Origin: Obrimoposthia wandeli
Taxonomy: Eukaryota
NCBI GenBank assembly: GCA_977020255.1
Contig: CDROCS010003914.1
Location: 1-64,000 of the forward strand
Reading direction: 5' to 3'
Length of the DNA stretch: 64,000 nucleotides
Shown here piece by piece: positions 44,809 to 56,396 of this stretch; the first letter of the stretch is position 1; every line of letters starts with the position of its first letter. The notes beneath the pieces are model-generated. The model made no database searches. It worked only from the letters and a program-made list of their open reading frames with translations, and was not told the DNA's origin. The translations under genes and the position numbers were made by a program.

Positions 44809-47184
44809 ATGCTAACCCCAGCGACTCATCACCCATCCTTGAAAAGGATAACGGGTTATATATTAAATATACTGTTCTGTTTTTTAATACATACACCCGC
44901 CTTACACGCTGCTGATCAAGCTGATCCGTCGCTAGAGGAGATTATTCAAGCGGCCAGCAAAGCCGGCTCGCAAGTGATTATTGTCAATCCAGCAGACAAC
45001 GTTCTTTACTCAGATACGCCAGCTAAACAAGTGCTGCTAGAGCAGCGTTCGGATTTAGCACAGTTGCGCATAGAAATAGAGCAGTTTCGCAATGAGGCAC
45101 AGGAGTTTGTATCGCTGCTACCGCAAGCGCGGCTTGAAATGCTCTCTATTCTTCGCTCTAGCAGCCCCGATGGCAGTATTTTCTTTTTTGTAGAGATGCT
45201 TGCTTACTCCTTAATGTTTTTCGCGATAGGCTATTATTTAGTTCAAAAAATATATGGACAAAAAATCGTAGGGCCGTGGTTTATTGCCAGACAAAGTGAA
45301 AACCCTATTGGCTATAGTGATAAATTACCCATTCTAGTGACACGTTTTTTACTCGGTTTCGTCGGCATATTACTGACCATGCTCATCGCTTATATTATAG
45401 GTAGCCTTATCTTTGGTGGGGGAGTAACTCAGGTTGAAATGCTCACGATAGGCTACATATACTTCGGTTTTTTCTTGATTAATGTGGTCTCGTTGTTTTG
45501 GAGAATGATTTTATCTCCATATTTACCCGATTACAGAATCCCTAAATTTCATCCAGAAAATACTGAGTTATGTACGCAAGCTGCAAAAAAATTGTATGTG
45601 TGGTTGTGGATTGGCGCAACGATGGGTATCAGCTTTAATTTACTGATAGCTTGGCTCGGTGAGCTAGGTGTTTCAGCGACTATCTATGGCGTGCTCAATT
45701 TATATCTCACCGGTATTACCGTTATCTATAGTATCGCACTAATTATCAAAAATAAGGCGGTACTCAGTGGCGCTATATTGAAGGGTAATACTGTCGAAAG
45801 AGTGTCTCTTCCCGCACGCTTAATGGTCAAGTTTTGGGCTTTGTTTGCGATTGTGTATTTCATTGTAGCTTGGGTCGATCTTGCGATTAATTTGATCAAA
45901 GGTAATGAAACTCGCCTGCCGCTGGTTGCCAGCGCCTATATTATTATTTTATCAGTGATGGTGGTTTTTGCGATTGTCAGTTACATCATCGAACAGTTTT
46001 TTCAGCGTCGACGTCAAGTTCATCAACGCCGGTCGGAGGCTAGCGGTGACAGCATACTAGATGCTGTACAAAGACCATTGCTAGAAGGAGAGGAGTTAAT
46101 TAGTAGTGCTGATAATGAGCAGCAAATGGCTCAATCGACTTTATTGACATTTGAAGATCTAGCGACTCGGGTTGCCTCTATGTTGGCGTTAGTAGCCGGG
46201 TTTTACGCACTGATAAATGTTTGGAATATAGGGAGTTTACTTGAAGGTAATTCACTGATTAGTAATAGCTACGATGTTATCTTTATTCTATTTACCGGTT
46301 ATATCACCTATAATTTTTTCAAAATATGGATTGATAATAAAATTGCCGATGAAGGGGGGGTAGAAGAATTAGCACCTGGTGATGAAGGCGGTGCTGGTGG
46401 TGCCAGTCGTCTGGCAACTTTGCTACCTTTATTTAGGAATTTTTTGTTAGTAGTTATCTTTGTCTCCGTCTCACTGATCGCTTTAACGGAGGCGGGCATT
46501 AATGTAGCGCCATTATTTGCAGGGGCAGGAGTGGTCGGTTTAGCGATAGGGTTTGGTGCACAAACTTTAGTGCGAGATGTGTTTTCAGGGGCTTTTTTCC
46601 TCTTCGATGATGCTTTTCGTAAAGGTGAGTATGTCGATTTAGGAGATGTAAAAGGCACAGTCGAGAAAGTATCAGTACGCTCTTTTCAGTTACGCCATCA
46701 CCTAGGGCGCTTACACACAGTGCCTTTCGGAGAGATAAAGTTTTTGACCAACTACTCAAGAGATTGGGTGATGATGAAACTGCCCCTAAGAGTCACATAC
46801 GACACTGATGTTGAAAAAGTACGCAAGCTTGTCAAAAAGCTCGGCCAAAAAATGCTCGAAGATCCTGAACTGGGTCCACAATTTCTGCAGCCTTTAAAAT
46901 CACAAGGGGTGATTGAAATGCAGGATTCAGCCATGATTATTCGCGTTAAATTTATGACCAAACCTGGCGACCAATGGGTTATCAGAAAAACAGTGTACGC
47001 TAAGCTGCGTGAATTGTTTTTAAAAGAAGGTATTCAGTTTGCTCATAGAGAAGTGACAGTGCGCTTAGCAGACACAAAGGTTGAACAATTGAGCATCAAG
47101 CAAAAGCACGAGCTGGCAGGAGCTGCAGCGATCTCTGCTGAGAAACTTGACGATTTACCAATAGATTCTGGGGACGATCGATAA
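44809..47184 (+). CDS. Large mechanosensitive ion channel (MscS family)
   Basis: Multi-TM N-terminus; C-terminal AGAGVVGLAIGFGAQTLVRDVFSG, GTVEKVSVR, VPFGEI..LTNYSRDW. Confidence 0.92.
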   Translation: MLTPATHHPSLKRITGYILNILFCFLIHTPALHAADQADPSLEEIIQAASKAGSQVIIVNPADNVLYSDTPAKQVLLEQRSDLAQLRIEIEQFRNEAQEFVSLLPQARLEMLSILRSSSPDGSIFFFVEMLAYSLMFFAIGYYLVQKIYGQKIVGPWFIARQSENPIGYSDKLPILVTRFLLGFVGILLTMLIAYIIGSLIFGGGVTQVEMLTIGYIYFGFFLINVVSLFWRMILSPYLPDYRIPKFHPENTELCTQAAKKLYVWLWIGATMGISFNLLIAWLGELGVSATIYGVLNLYLTGITVIYSIALIIKNKAVLSGAILKGNTVERVSLPARLMVKFWALFAIVYFIVAWVDLAINLIKGNETRLPLVASAYIIILSVMVVFAIVSYIIEQFFQRRRQVHQRRSEASGDSILDAVQRPLLEGEELISSADNEQQMAQSTLLTFEDLATRVASMLALVAGFYALINVWNIGSLLEGNSLISNSYDVIFILFTGYITYNFFKIWIDNKIADEGGVEELAPGDEGGAGGASRLATLLPLFRNFLLVVIFVSVSLIALTEAGINVAPLFAGAGVVGLAIGFGAQTLVRDVFSGAFFLFDDAFRKGEYVDLGDVKGTVEKVSVRSFQLRHHLGRLHTVPFGEIKFLTNYSRDWVMMKLPLRVTYDTDVEKVRKLVKKLGQKMLEDPELGPQFLQPLKSQGVIEMQDSAMIIRVKFMTKPGDQWVIRKTVYAKLRELFLKEGIQFAHREVTVRLADTKVEQLSIKQKHELAGAAAISAEKLDDLPIDSGDDR

Positions 47185-47453
47185 TCTTTATGTGATAGAT
47201 GAGATACCAGCGCTTTAGCGAAACTAAAGTACTTGGCTGAAGCTAATTCATTATTTAATGACCACTTATTATGATCTAAACTTGCTAACTTGTTGAATGC
47301 TAGCTAAACAGGTGCATAATTTGAAAAATTAAGTAATGTAAAATTGACAGAACACCGTGTTTTAAATAAACAGTTATTGGTAGGATGTTGTTGATTACAT
47401 CGCTTTAATGGCATTCATTGATACGCCTCATTCAGCAAGGTTAGAAATTATAA

Positions 47454-50087
47454 ATGTGGACTGAAATAATTAAACTAACGGCCCTTTTATTAGCGTTTAC
47501 GATGCTACTCACTTTTGTGTTTAGGGCAATGGGCAAAAACAGCCTACAGAGTAAGCTGTCGCAAGGGGTATTATTCGGTTTGATTGCCGTCATTGGTATG
47601 TCCATGCCAGTCAATTATGCGCCTGGGCTTATATTTGATCCTCGCTCAGTGCTCGTTTCTGTTGCCGGTTTTTTTGGCGGCCCTTTAACGGCCGTTCCCG
47701 CGGCAATCATTGCTGGAGGGTATCGTCAGTGGTTAGGCGGAGCAGGGGGAACAGCCGGTGTGCTGGTGGTAGCACTAAGTGCAATAGTGGGGGTTATTGC
47801 GTATTACTTACGCAGAAGCTATAGAATTCCTGCTTCATTTATAAACCTACTTTTATTTGGCTTTATCACGCATTTTATCGCTTTATTTGGCTTGCTAGCA
47901 CTGCCCGCTGAAATAGTGTGGAAGGTTATTAAAAATTTAACGGTCCCTTTTCTTATATTATACCCTCCAGTAACGGTTTTTTTGGGGTATTTGATTAATG
48001 ACATAGAGAAAAAATTTGATATAGAACAGCAGTTGGTGTCGTCGACGGCACAACTTAGAACGCTGTTTGATGCAATCCCTAACTTACTATGGCTTAAAAA
48101 TGAGCATGGTGTTTACCTGATGTGTAATCAGCATTTTGAGAAATTTTTTGGTGCATCAGAATCTGAAATTAAAGGAAAAACTGATTACGATTACATGAGC
48201 GAGGAGGCGGCTGATTTATTTGGTGATATAGATAAAGAAGCGATGAGAAGTGGTAGCCGAACCAGCAATGAAGAATGGGCGACTTTTGCTAGTGATGGTA
48301 AAAAGGCTCTATTGGAAACCATCAAAACGCCAGTGTACGACACTAAAAGGAAGATTATAGGAGTTCTTGGTATTTCTCATGACATCACCCAGCGATCGGA
48401 AATTGAGGGAAAGCTAAGGCAGTCTGCCACCGTTTTTGAGAGCACTGCAGAAGGGGTCGCAATTACCGATAAAGATGCGAATATCTTAGATGTTAATCAG
48501 TCGTTTATCGATATCACAGGTTATACCAGAAAAGACGTTATTGGTGCTAATTCGCGAATATTGAAATCGGATAAACAAAGTACATCTTTCTATGAAAACA
48601 TGTGGGCATCAATAAATGAGACTGGACAGTGGCGTGGAGAAATATGGAACAAACGAAAAGATCAAACTATTTATCCTGAATGGTTAACTATTAGCGCGGT
48701 AAAAAACCAGCGGGCAGAAGTGACAAATTATGTGGCAGTCTTTACTGATATAACGGTGATCAAACGATCACAAGATAAACTGGATTTTCTTGCCCACCAC
48801 GATGTCCTAACGGGTTTGCCCAATAGGTTGCTTTTTAACATGAAACTTGAGGACGCATTGGATAGGGCGCATCGTCTGGGAAGCAAATTAGCCATTCTTT
48901 TTTTGGATGTAGATCGATTTAAAAACATCAATGATAGCTTTGGTCACAAAGCAGGTGATGATCTGCTAAAACATTTGACACTTGGCATACAACAATTGAT
49001 GAAGAAAGAGGATACTATTGCGCGCATTAGCGGTGATGAATTTATATTGCTCTTTCAAGATATTAACAACAGTGCAGCAGTCGTTGCTAAAATTGAGAAA
49101 ATAATGCAAGTATTTGCATCATCATTTGATATTGAAGGTCATAGTATTCAAGTGACAGCGAGTATTGGAATTAGCCTTTTCCCGATGGATGGAGACAATG
49201 CGACTGACCTTGTTCGCAATGCCGATGCAGCCATGTATCATGCTAAAGATGAGGGGCGTAATAATTTTCAGTTTTACACTAAAGATCTAACCGAAAAAGC
49301 GATTGAGCGCGTAATTATGGAAAATGAATTACGTAAAGCACTGGCAAATAATGAATTTCACTTAGTTTACCAGCCACAAATTGATGTGTGTTCTATGCAC
49401 ATAATCGGCTTAGAGGTTTTGTTAAGATGGCAAAATTCGAAACTAGGATCAGTGTCTCCTAACCAGTTCATCCCGTTAGCTGAGGATTCGGGCTTGATAA
49501 ACCCAATTGGTGAATGGGTTTTGAATGAAGCGTGTCGGCAGGGAAAAAAATGGGCAGATCAGGGTATGCAGTTTGGACGCTTAGCGGTCAATGTCTCAAG
49601 CGTACAAATCAATAAAGGGAAACTATATGATACGGTTGTTGCCGCGCTAGCACAAAGCCAATTGTCTTCTTCGATGCTTGAACTGGAAGTGACAGAAGGC
49701 GCTGTTATGAAACAAGCTGACGATGCGATTGTTCAATTAAAGCAGTTGAGAGAGCTTGGGTTGACAATTTCAGTTGATGATTTTGGTACAGGGTATTCAT
49801 CTCTGAGTTATTTGAAGAAGCTCCCTATAAATAAACTCAAAATAGATCAAAGCTTTATACGAGATATACCTGAGAATAGTGATGATAAGGCAATAGTGAA
49901 GGCTATAATCGGTATGGGTGAAAACTTGGGGCTAACTGTGATCGCTGAAGGTGTTGAAAAGGAGGAGCAGGCGATGTACTTGAAAGATTCCCTGTGTCAT
50001 GAAGTTCAAGGGTATTTATATAGTAAGCCTATTAGTAGCCAAGAGGTAGAGAGATATCTTCGTACTCCAGAGCTTATAGGTATGTAG
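47454..50087 (+). CDS. 5TMR-LYT/PAS/PAS/GGDEF/EAL c-di-GMP signalling protein
   Basis: IFDPRSVLVSVAGFFGGP membrane domain, two PAS domains, HHDVLTGLPNR, SGDEF, EVLLRW, DDFGTGYSSLSYL. Confidence 0.93.
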   Translation: MWTEIIKLTALLLAFTMLLTFVFRAMGKNSLQSKLSQGVLFGLIAVIGMSMPVNYAPGLIFDPRSVLVSVAGFFGGPLTAVPAAIIAGGYRQWLGGAGGTAGVLVVALSAIVGVIAYYLRRSYRIPASFINLLLFGFITHFIALFGLLALPAEIVWKVIKNLTVPFLILYPPVTVFLGYLINDIEKKFDIEQQLVSSTAQLRTLFDAIPNLLWLKNEHGVYLMCNQHFEKFFGASESEIKGKTDYDYMSEEAADLFGDIDKEAMRSGSRTSNEEWATFASDGKKALLETIKTPVYDTKRKIIGVLGISHDITQRSEIEGKLRQSATVFESTAEGVAITDKDANILDVNQSFIDITGYTRKDVIGANSRILKSDKQSTSFYENMWASINETGQWRGEIWNKRKDQTIYPEWLTISAVKNQRAEVTNYVAVFTDITVIKRSQDKLDFLAHHDVLTGLPNRLLFNMKLEDALDRAHRLGSKLAILFLDVDRFKNINDSFGHKAGDDLLKHLTLGIQQLMKKEDTIARISGDEFILLFQDINNSAAVVAKIEKIMQVFASSFDIEGHSIQVTASIGISLFPMDGDNATDLVRNADAAMYHAKDEGRNNFQFYTKDLTEKAIERVIMENELRKALANNEFHLVYQPQIDVCSMHIIGLEVLLRWQNSKLGSVSPNQFIPLAEDSGLINPIGEWVLNEACRQGKKWADQGMQFGRLAVNVSSVQINKGKLYDTVVAALAQSQLSSSMLELEVTEGAVMKQADDAIVQLKQLRELGLTISVDDFGTGYSSLSYLKKLPINKLKIDQSFIRDIPENSDDKAIVKAIIGMGENLGLTVIAEGVEKEEQAMYLKDSLCHEVQGYLYSKPISSQEVERYLRTPELIGM

Positions 50088-50505
50088 GCTTTTTAACACT
50101 CAAATAGTAGTAAATAAAGCCATAAAAAATGCAGTATAAAAAGTAAGTGATAGCACTGCGATACTCTACATTTAGCTTCTTTTTGTCAATTGACAATTTA
50201 ATTACTTCCCTAGCACGCATCTGCGAATTAGCTGGATACTTGGTTATGTTAGTATTGTTGAGCCATCATTGGAGATGGTTTAATCAGCAAGTTGCAAGCT
50301 CATTGAAAAATACTGTGGATTTTACTCACAAACAACTGCTGACTTTTCCTGTCTTGTAAGTTTTATGCTAAAGGTATTTTATAAATCAGTTGCAGTCATC
50401 GTAATAGCGCAGGAGTATTCAAGGATCGGCGTTAGATGTTTTAAGACAGAGGTTAAAGGTCGAAATTGATAGGAAGCCTGCGTAAAAGTTACATCGTAAA
50501 TAATT

Positions 50506-50531
50506 AAAAAGGGCTATCCATTTGATAGCCC
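50506..50531 (-). terminator. Terminator downstream of trpB
   Basis: Minus strand GGGCTATC-AAATG-GATAGCCC-TTTTT. Confidence 0.65.
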
Positions 50532-50573
50532 ATATTATTATTGATTAGTGATCCCAATAGCGTTTGATAGCTT

Positions 50574-51779
50574 TTATAGTCCTAGCTTTTGACTTACATA
50601 ATCAGCATCTTTATCACCACGACCGGATAAGTTAACTAAGATCGTTTTGTCGGCTGATAAGCTGGCTGCTTTTTTCATAGCCCAAGCAACCGCATGTGCG
50701 CTTTCAAGCGCGGGGATTATACCCTCAACCCGCGAAAGTTGCATGAAGGCGTCTAGGCACTCATCATCCGTGGCTGTTTCATAAACAACTCGGCCTAAAT
50801 CTTTTAATAAGCAGTGTTGCGGGCCAACGCCTGGATAATCTAGACCTGAGGCAATTGAGTGCACAGGTAATGGTTCACCTTGCTCATCTTGCAGTAAATA
50901 ACATTTAAAGCCGTGAATAGTACCAGGTGTACCTTTGGTCATCGTGGCTGAGTGCATATCAGTATCTAAACCTTTACCTGCGGGTTCAACACCTACAATA
51001 CCCACCTCAGCGTCATTTAAAAACTCGGTGAATAAGCCCATCGCGTTAGAGCCACCACCAACACAAGCGGTAATGAAATTAGGCAACTTACCATTAGATT
51101 CTAAAAACTGTGCGCGTGCTTCACGACCAATAACACTTTGAAAATCGCGAACCATTTTGGGGAATGGGTGAGGGCCAACCACTGAACCAATTGCATAAAT
51201 GGTATTTATTGGATCATTTAAGTACTCTTCAAAAGCGCTGTCTACTGCATCTTTTAAAGTAGCTGTACCGCGGGTAACAGGGACTAATGTACAGCCTAAA
51301 ATTTTCATTTTCGTTACATTAGGTGCTTCTTTTTCAATGTCGACTTGGCCCATATGTATTTCGCAGGGGATACCCACTAATGCACAAGCAGTGGCAAGTG
51401 CTACACCGTGTTGGCCAGCGCCTGTTTCAGCAATCACTTTGGTTTTGTTCATATGCTTGGCGAGTAAGGCTTCACCTAGGCAATGGTTAATTTTATGTGC
51501 GCCGGTGTGGTTAAGGTCTTCACGCTTTAGATAAATTTGTGCGCCGCCAATTTTATTACTTAAGCGCTTAGCGTGGTAAATGGGGCTAGGGCGGCCAACG
51601 TAGGTTGAAAAAAGTAGCTCTAGCTCATCTTTAAACTCCGCTGTTTCTTTTATCTCTTGATAGGCAGTGTTGATGTCATCCATAACTTGCTTGAGTTCAG
51701 GGGGAATGATTTGCCCACCATAGGCACCAAAATAACCATCTTTATCTGGCATGGGTCCGAAGTCTATATCACTCATCAA
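50574..51779 (-). CDS. trpB: Tryptophan synthase beta chain, stand-alone copy
   Basis: [12 protein letters not shown] (PLP lysine), [42 protein letters not shown]; no trpA adjacent. Confidence 0.95.
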   Translation of the reverse strand: MMSDIDFGPMPDKDGYFGAYGGQIIPPELKQVMDDINTAYQEIKETAEFKDELELLFSTYVGRPSPIYHAKRLSNKIGGAQIYLKREDLNHTGAHKINHCLGEALLAKHMNKTKVIAETGAGQHGVALATACALVGIPCEIHMGQVDIEKEAPNVTKMKILGCTLVPVTRGTATLKDAVDSAFEEYLNDPINTIYAIGSVVGPHPFPKMVRDFQSVIGREARAQFLESNGKLPNFITACVGGGSNAMGLFTEFLNDAEVGIVGVEPAGKGLDTDMHSATMTKGTPGTIHGFKCYLLQDEQGEPLPVHSIASGLDYPGVGPQHCLLKDLGRVVYETATDDECLDAFMQLSRVEGIIPALESAHAVAWAMKKAASLSADKTILVNLSGRGDKDADYVSQKLGL

Positions 51780-51912
51780 AAATCTCCTTATTAAATAGCT
51801 AAGTTTGTGTTGTTATTGATATTAGTAAAGGCACAAGATAATCCAAAGTAGAAACCTAGTACAAGCCTTTTTAACATGAAATATGTTGGATAGATCAAAC
51901 AGAGCACGTAAT

Positions 51913-53622
51913 TTATAAACTGTTGCACCCGCAACCGTAGTGTTTATCTTTAGACATCTGACCAACGCCTGCATTAAAGCTGTTACTAGGGTCAAGCTGG
52001 CGATAGAAATCTTGCTGGCTTTGAGGTGCTTGGTATAAATGCCCTACGTTGTGTTCTGCCGGATATTTTGCACCTTGTTGTTCAAGTAGCTCTAATAATT
52101 TAGCTTTAACGGTAGCAGGTTTGTGGCCTTTTTTGAGAATGTAATCACGGTGAAATACATGGCAAAAGAAATGCCCATAATAAACAGGCTGTAATATGCT
52201 ATCAGCAATATTGGGTGCTAGATTTTCAACCCAATCGCGTTGATTTCGTTTTAAAGCTACATCTAAAGCGAGAATATCTTCGACTTGGTCGGTGTGAATT
52301 TGTTGGTAGCGCATAGCGGCTCCAGCGATAACAAAGCGTTGTAACATAGCTTTTTTTGCTTCACTTTCACTACACTCTAAATAACGGCCTTGTTGAGTAT
52401 CACTAAAAGCTGTGCGCAAATAATCAGTTAGTTCTGTGATACCATCGTCAGCCATTTTAATTATTAAGTGGTGATCAAAATCGGCGCGCATCGCCAGTAG
52501 CGATTTCGGGAGATGCTCTGGTAGCAAGCGACAGCCGTAGTACAGCAATTTGTCAGGGAGATCATTAGGCAACCAGGTCTTGCGATTGAGGTAAGATGTG
52601 AGTTTATTTTTTATTGAAAAGAGCTTGGGCATGCTTGCTGTGCCGAGTAAGTTTATAGCTAAAAATCCATCTTTACCGTATTTATGACCGATATCAAAAG
52701 CGATGCCGTGCACGTATTCGGCTGACACAGGCAGATGTTGAAAGTTTTGTAAGACTTCACGACGTAAAGTAGTTAAAGATGCGGGGTCTTTAACCCCAAT
52801 ATAGAAAGTTTTGGTTTTTTTAGCCTGCTCAAAAGTATCGGATCTAACGGCAAAAACGGCGAGTTTTCCAGCACAGCCACTCGCTTCATAAAGGCGATCT
52901 GTGTCGGCGTTATAGCGCGCGGGGCTCTGTGCATCTACGTCGCGTACTCTGTTTTGATAATCTTTATCAGAGGCTTGTTTTTCACTGTGAATAATGTCTT
53001 GCTCAGAGAAATTGTGCTGTTGCAAGTTAGTGAGTATTTGCTCAGGAGTTTCGCCTAAGTGGATACCTAAATTGTTGACTAAGGTGAGTTTACCTTCACC
53101 ATCTAGCTGTGCATAAAGTGATAACTCGGTATAGGCAGGACCTCTTTGAATTAACGAGCCGCCTGAGTTATTGGCAATACCACCCACCACACTGGCGCCG
53201 ATACATGAAGAACCTATCACAGAATGTGGCTCTTTATTTAGCGGAGCCAAAGCATCTTCGAGTTGAAATAGCGTGGTACCTGGAAAACTAATCACTTGTC
53301 GTGCTTTATCAATCAGCAAATATTGATTGATTTTAAGGCTTTGGATAATAACGATAGGTCGATCATAGTCATTTCCCGAAGGTGTGGAGCCTTCGGTTAA
53401 GCCAGTGTTTGCGGCCTGCATAATAGCAATAACATCTGCTTTGACACAAATTTCTAATACCTGCCACAGAGCAATTAAATCACTGGGGAAAACAACCGCT
53501 AAGGCATTGCCTCCACCTGAGCGAAAGCCATGTCGATAGTGATGAGTATCAGCAGCTTGAGTGAGTACATTGTTAGCACCAAGGATATCTTGTAATGCGC
53601 TAATGGTCTGTTGTGCCTGCAT
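51913..53622 (-). CDS. dld: FAD-dependent D-lactate dehydrogenase
   Basis: QAANTGLTEGSTP, HSVIGSSCIGASVVGG, GCAGKLAVFAVR, LALDVAL, YYGHFFCHVFH, AEHNVGH. Confidence 0.95.
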   Translation of the reverse strand: MQAQQTISALQDILGANNVLTQAADTHHYRHGFRSGGGNALAVVFPSDLIALWQVLEICVKADVIAIMQAANTGLTEGSTPSGNDYDRPIVIIQSLKINQYLLIDKARQVISFPGTTLFQLEDALAPLNKEPHSVIGSSCIGASVVGGIANNSGGSLIQRGPAYTELSLYAQLDGEGKLTLVNNLGIHLGETPEQILTNLQQHNFSEQDIIHSEKQASDKDYQNRVRDVDAQSPARYNADTDRLYEASGCAGKLAVFAVRSDTFEQAKKTKTFYIGVKDPASLTTLRREVLQNFQHLPVSAEYVHGIAFDIGHKYGKDGFLAINLLGTASMPKLFSIKNKLTSYLNRKTWLPNDLPDKLLYYGCRLLPEHLPKSLLAMRADFDHHLIIKMADDGITELTDYLRTAFSDTQQGRYLECSESEAKKAMLQRFVIAGAAMRYQQIHTDQVEDILALDVALKRNQRDWVENLAPNIADSILQPVYYGHFFCHVFHRDYILKKGHKPATVKAKLLELLEQQGAKYPAEHNVGHLYQAPQSQQDFYRQLDPSNSFNAGVGQMSKDKHYGCGCNSL

Positions 53623-53689
53623 AAATTTTCCTATTTATATGACATAGCAGCGCATCAGAGCAGGATAAAAATAGCCGTTTCTTTGGCTG

Positions 53690-54448
53690 TTATCTTATGA
53701 CTTTGATGCGGCGCAATGATCTTTTTTGCCGTGAGTGCTCTTTACCTTGTTCCAGTAAGGCATCTTCAACAAACGCGATGTGTTCATGGGATGCTGATTG
53801 AGCGGCTTCAGGGTCACCTGCAAAAATAGCTTCCATTAAAATACGATGTTGATCGTGAATATTTGCCCGTATCGTTTCCCTGGGATAAATATCACTTAGG
53901 TTATCGCTAACATGTTGTTTTAATAATTCAAAAAGTGCTCGCATCATGTGTAATAACACCATGTTGTGAGCGGATTCTGCTATCGCTAGATGAAACTCGA
54001 CATCGGCAGTTACCTCTTTTGCAAACTCTTTTTGTTCGTGAAAAGCTTGCAGCGCAGAGTACTTTTCCTTGATGTTTTGCTGATCAATCTGAGTGCTACG
54101 CAAAGCGGCGTAATAGGCACAAAGCCCTTCTAAAGCGTGGCGAAACTCTAATAAATCATAATGTGCTTCAGGATGAGAGGACAGTAAATCGAGAAGTGGA
54201 TCAGAAAACCCGCGGCCGATTTCTTGGCTAACATAAGTACCTCCACCTTGGCGGCTGACTAATACTCCCTTAACAGCCAACTTCTGTATAGCTTCACGCA
54301 AGGATGGGCGAGAGACATTAAACTGCTTCGCTAACTCACGTTCTGATGGCAATTTTTGACCCGGCTCTAATGTTCCTTCAAGAACCATTTCCTCCAGTTG
54401 TGCAAGTATGACATCGGAAATCTTAGGCGGATTAACTCTTTGATACAT
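53690..54448 (-). CDS. GntR/FadR-family repressor (PdhR/LldR/GlcC-like), probable lactate regulator
   Basis: LPSERELA..FNVSRPSLREA winged HTH, FCD domain; divergent from the TRAP-lldD operon. Confidence 0.9.
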   Translation of the reverse strand: MYQRVNPPKISDVILAQLEEMVLEGTLEPGQKLPSERELAKQFNVSRPSLREAIQKLAVKGVLVSRQGGGTYVSQEIGRGFSDPLLDLLSSHPEAHYDLLEFRHALEGLCAYYAALRSTQIDQQNIKEKYSALQAFHEQKEFAKEVTADVEFHLAIAESAHNMVLLHMMRALFELLKQHVSDNLSDIYPRETIRANIHDQHRILMEAIFAGDPEAAQSASHEHIAFVEDALLEQGKEHSRQKRSLRRIKVIR

Positions 54449-54767
54449 TTATGAAACTCTCCAAAACACGAATTTTAGCGCTACTTTGCTGTTCTATAAA
54501 TCATCATAACATTAGCCGATTGATCAACCTATTGTCCGTTACCGCCAAGAGGTTTTAGTACATATTTCATTTAAATATAATTATGTGTATTTATGGTTTT
54601 CTTTTTAATGACTTTGAAGCAGTAAAAAAGCTAATAAAAATCACAGTTTAACGCATTTGTACAATATCAATATGGAATATTAATACGATTTTAATTGCGT
54701 GTTTTTTGACCGATCTACATAAAATCACTTGACAAAGTTACGCCATAAAATTTAAAGTGTTTTTCAT

Positions 54768-54800
54768 ATTTGGTAAATTGGTAATACCAATTTACCAAAT
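54768..54800. promoter_or_regulatory. GntR (PdhR/LldR-type) operator downstream of a probable sigma70 promoter
   Basis: Perfect inverted repeat ATTTGGTAAATTGGT-AAT-ACCAATTTACCAAAT containing the AATTGGT-N3-ACCAATT box; TTGACA at 54729 and TAAAGT at 54753 upstream. Confidence 0.85.
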
Positions 54801-54847
54801 TATAGCGACGAAATAAAAATAAAACAACTTAACTGAGTAAGATAATT

Positions 54848-55915
54848 ATGAAAAATACTTCGCAAAAAATACTTTCTACAGTGTTGCTAACAACGGCTAT
54901 TTCTATGGTAGGCACGGCACAAGCTGCAGATAAAGTGCTCTTAAAAACGCCTATCGCTTTTGGATCGCACCTACCAGCACTAGGCACACCTATTAAATGG
55001 GTATCTGAACAATTATCTTTAATCAGTGATAAAAAAATGCGCATGAAAATCTATGAGCCAGGGAAATTGGTTGGCGCTAAAGAAATTCTCGATGCGGTAT
55101 CCTCTGGCAAGGTCAATTCTGGATACGCAACCGCTGGTTACTGGCAGGGTAAAATGCCAGCAGCAGCACTTTTCTCAGCGGTGCCTTTTGGACCAGAAGC
55201 AGGTGAGTATATGGCTTGGTTATACTATGGAAATGGTATGAGCTTGTATCAAGAAATGTACGATACTGCTGGTTACAATGTAAAAGTATTACCTTGTGCG
55301 ATTATTTCACCTGAAACATCAGGTTGGTTTAATAAAGAAATTAATAAACCTGAAGACCTAGAAGGTTTGAACATGCGCTTCTTCGGTTTAGGTGCTTCTG
55401 TGATGGAAAAGTTGGGAGTGTCTACTTCTCAGCTACCCGGTGGTGAAATTTTTGGCGCACTTGAAAAAGGCGCTATTGATGCGAGCGAGTTTTCTCAACC
55501 CGCTATCGATCAGCGTTTAGGCTTTCATAAAATCATGAAGTATAACTACTTCCCTGGTTGGCATCAGCAAGCAACCGTTTTTGAGTTGTTAGTGAATAAA
55601 GATGCTTGGGGTAAGTTCTCGAAAAGCCAGCAAGCGCTTGTCGAAACAACCTGTAAAGCTTCAATGACAAATGCAATTGCCGAAGGCGAGTCTATGCAGT
55701 TTGAAGTGATGGCGAAAGCAAAAGAAAATGGAGTTGAAATTCGCTATTGGAATGACACTATGTTGCAAGCTTTTGAAAGCAAATGGGAAGAAGTGGTTGC
55801 TGAAAAAACTAGTGCTGATCCATTCTTCAACAAAGTATGGACTGACTTAAGCACGTTCCGCAAAGGTTATGATCTTTGGGAAGCTAATGCCTTTTTACCG
55901 CGCACTAAAAGATAG
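54848..55915 (+). CDS. dctP: TRAP transporter substrate-binding protein (DctP family), probably lactate
   Basis: Signal peptide, ALFSAVPFG, GWFNKEI..PEDL.GL.MR..GLG, YNYFPGWHQ. Confidence 0.9.
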   Translation: MKNTSQKILSTVLLTTAISMVGTAQAADKVLLKTPIAFGSHLPALGTPIKWVSEQLSLISDKKMRMKIYEPGKLVGAKEILDAVSSGKVNSGYATAGYWQGKMPAAALFSAVPFGPEAGEYMAWLYYGNGMSLYQEMYDTAGYNVKVLPCAIISPETSGWFNKEINKPEDLEGLNMRFFGLGASVMEKLGVSTSQLPGGEIFGALEKGAIDASEFSQPAIDQRLGFHKIMKYNYFPGWHQQATVFELLVNKDAWGKFSKSQQALVETTCKASMTNAIAEGESMQFEVMAKAKENGVEIRYWNDTMLQAFESKWEEVVAEKTSADPFFNKVWTDLSTFRKGYDLWEANAFLPRTKR

Positions 55916-56396
55916 TTCGGTTTTTGGCTGATCAGGTGCTCTGCTTGAAAGCTTATAGCAAAGCACCGTGATGATTATTAAAGCTTTAAATTTTAAGTGA
56001 TTTAGGGCTTTTTTATAATTGAGGCATATTGGTTTTGGGTATAAGCAGGACTGATAAAGCAGCTGATCAATGATCATCAAATTTAGTACTTTAAAACAAA
56101 GCGCAGAGGCTAGCTCTGGCCTTTGAAGTTAACGTAAACGAAATTTTTAAAATTCGATGAGTGCGCGTGAACAACTTCGTAGCTTTTAACTATTTACTTA
56201 GTTTCTATCCCGCAACGAGACCTTAATGAAAGCGATTAATGGTTCAAGATGGGCATTGCTAGAGATGAATATTTGACCATTGCAAATAACTATCTCTACT
56301 GGCACACAGATTTATGCAGTGAAACGTTCACAGTAAGCATCTTTTTAGGATGGAAATTAACTAGCGAATTAAGCATTATTATTTCAGGAGCGCATT

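Noticed and set aside
50147-50359. 70-aa plus-strand ORF
   Set aside because: GTG start without a convincing SD, and no recognisable family.
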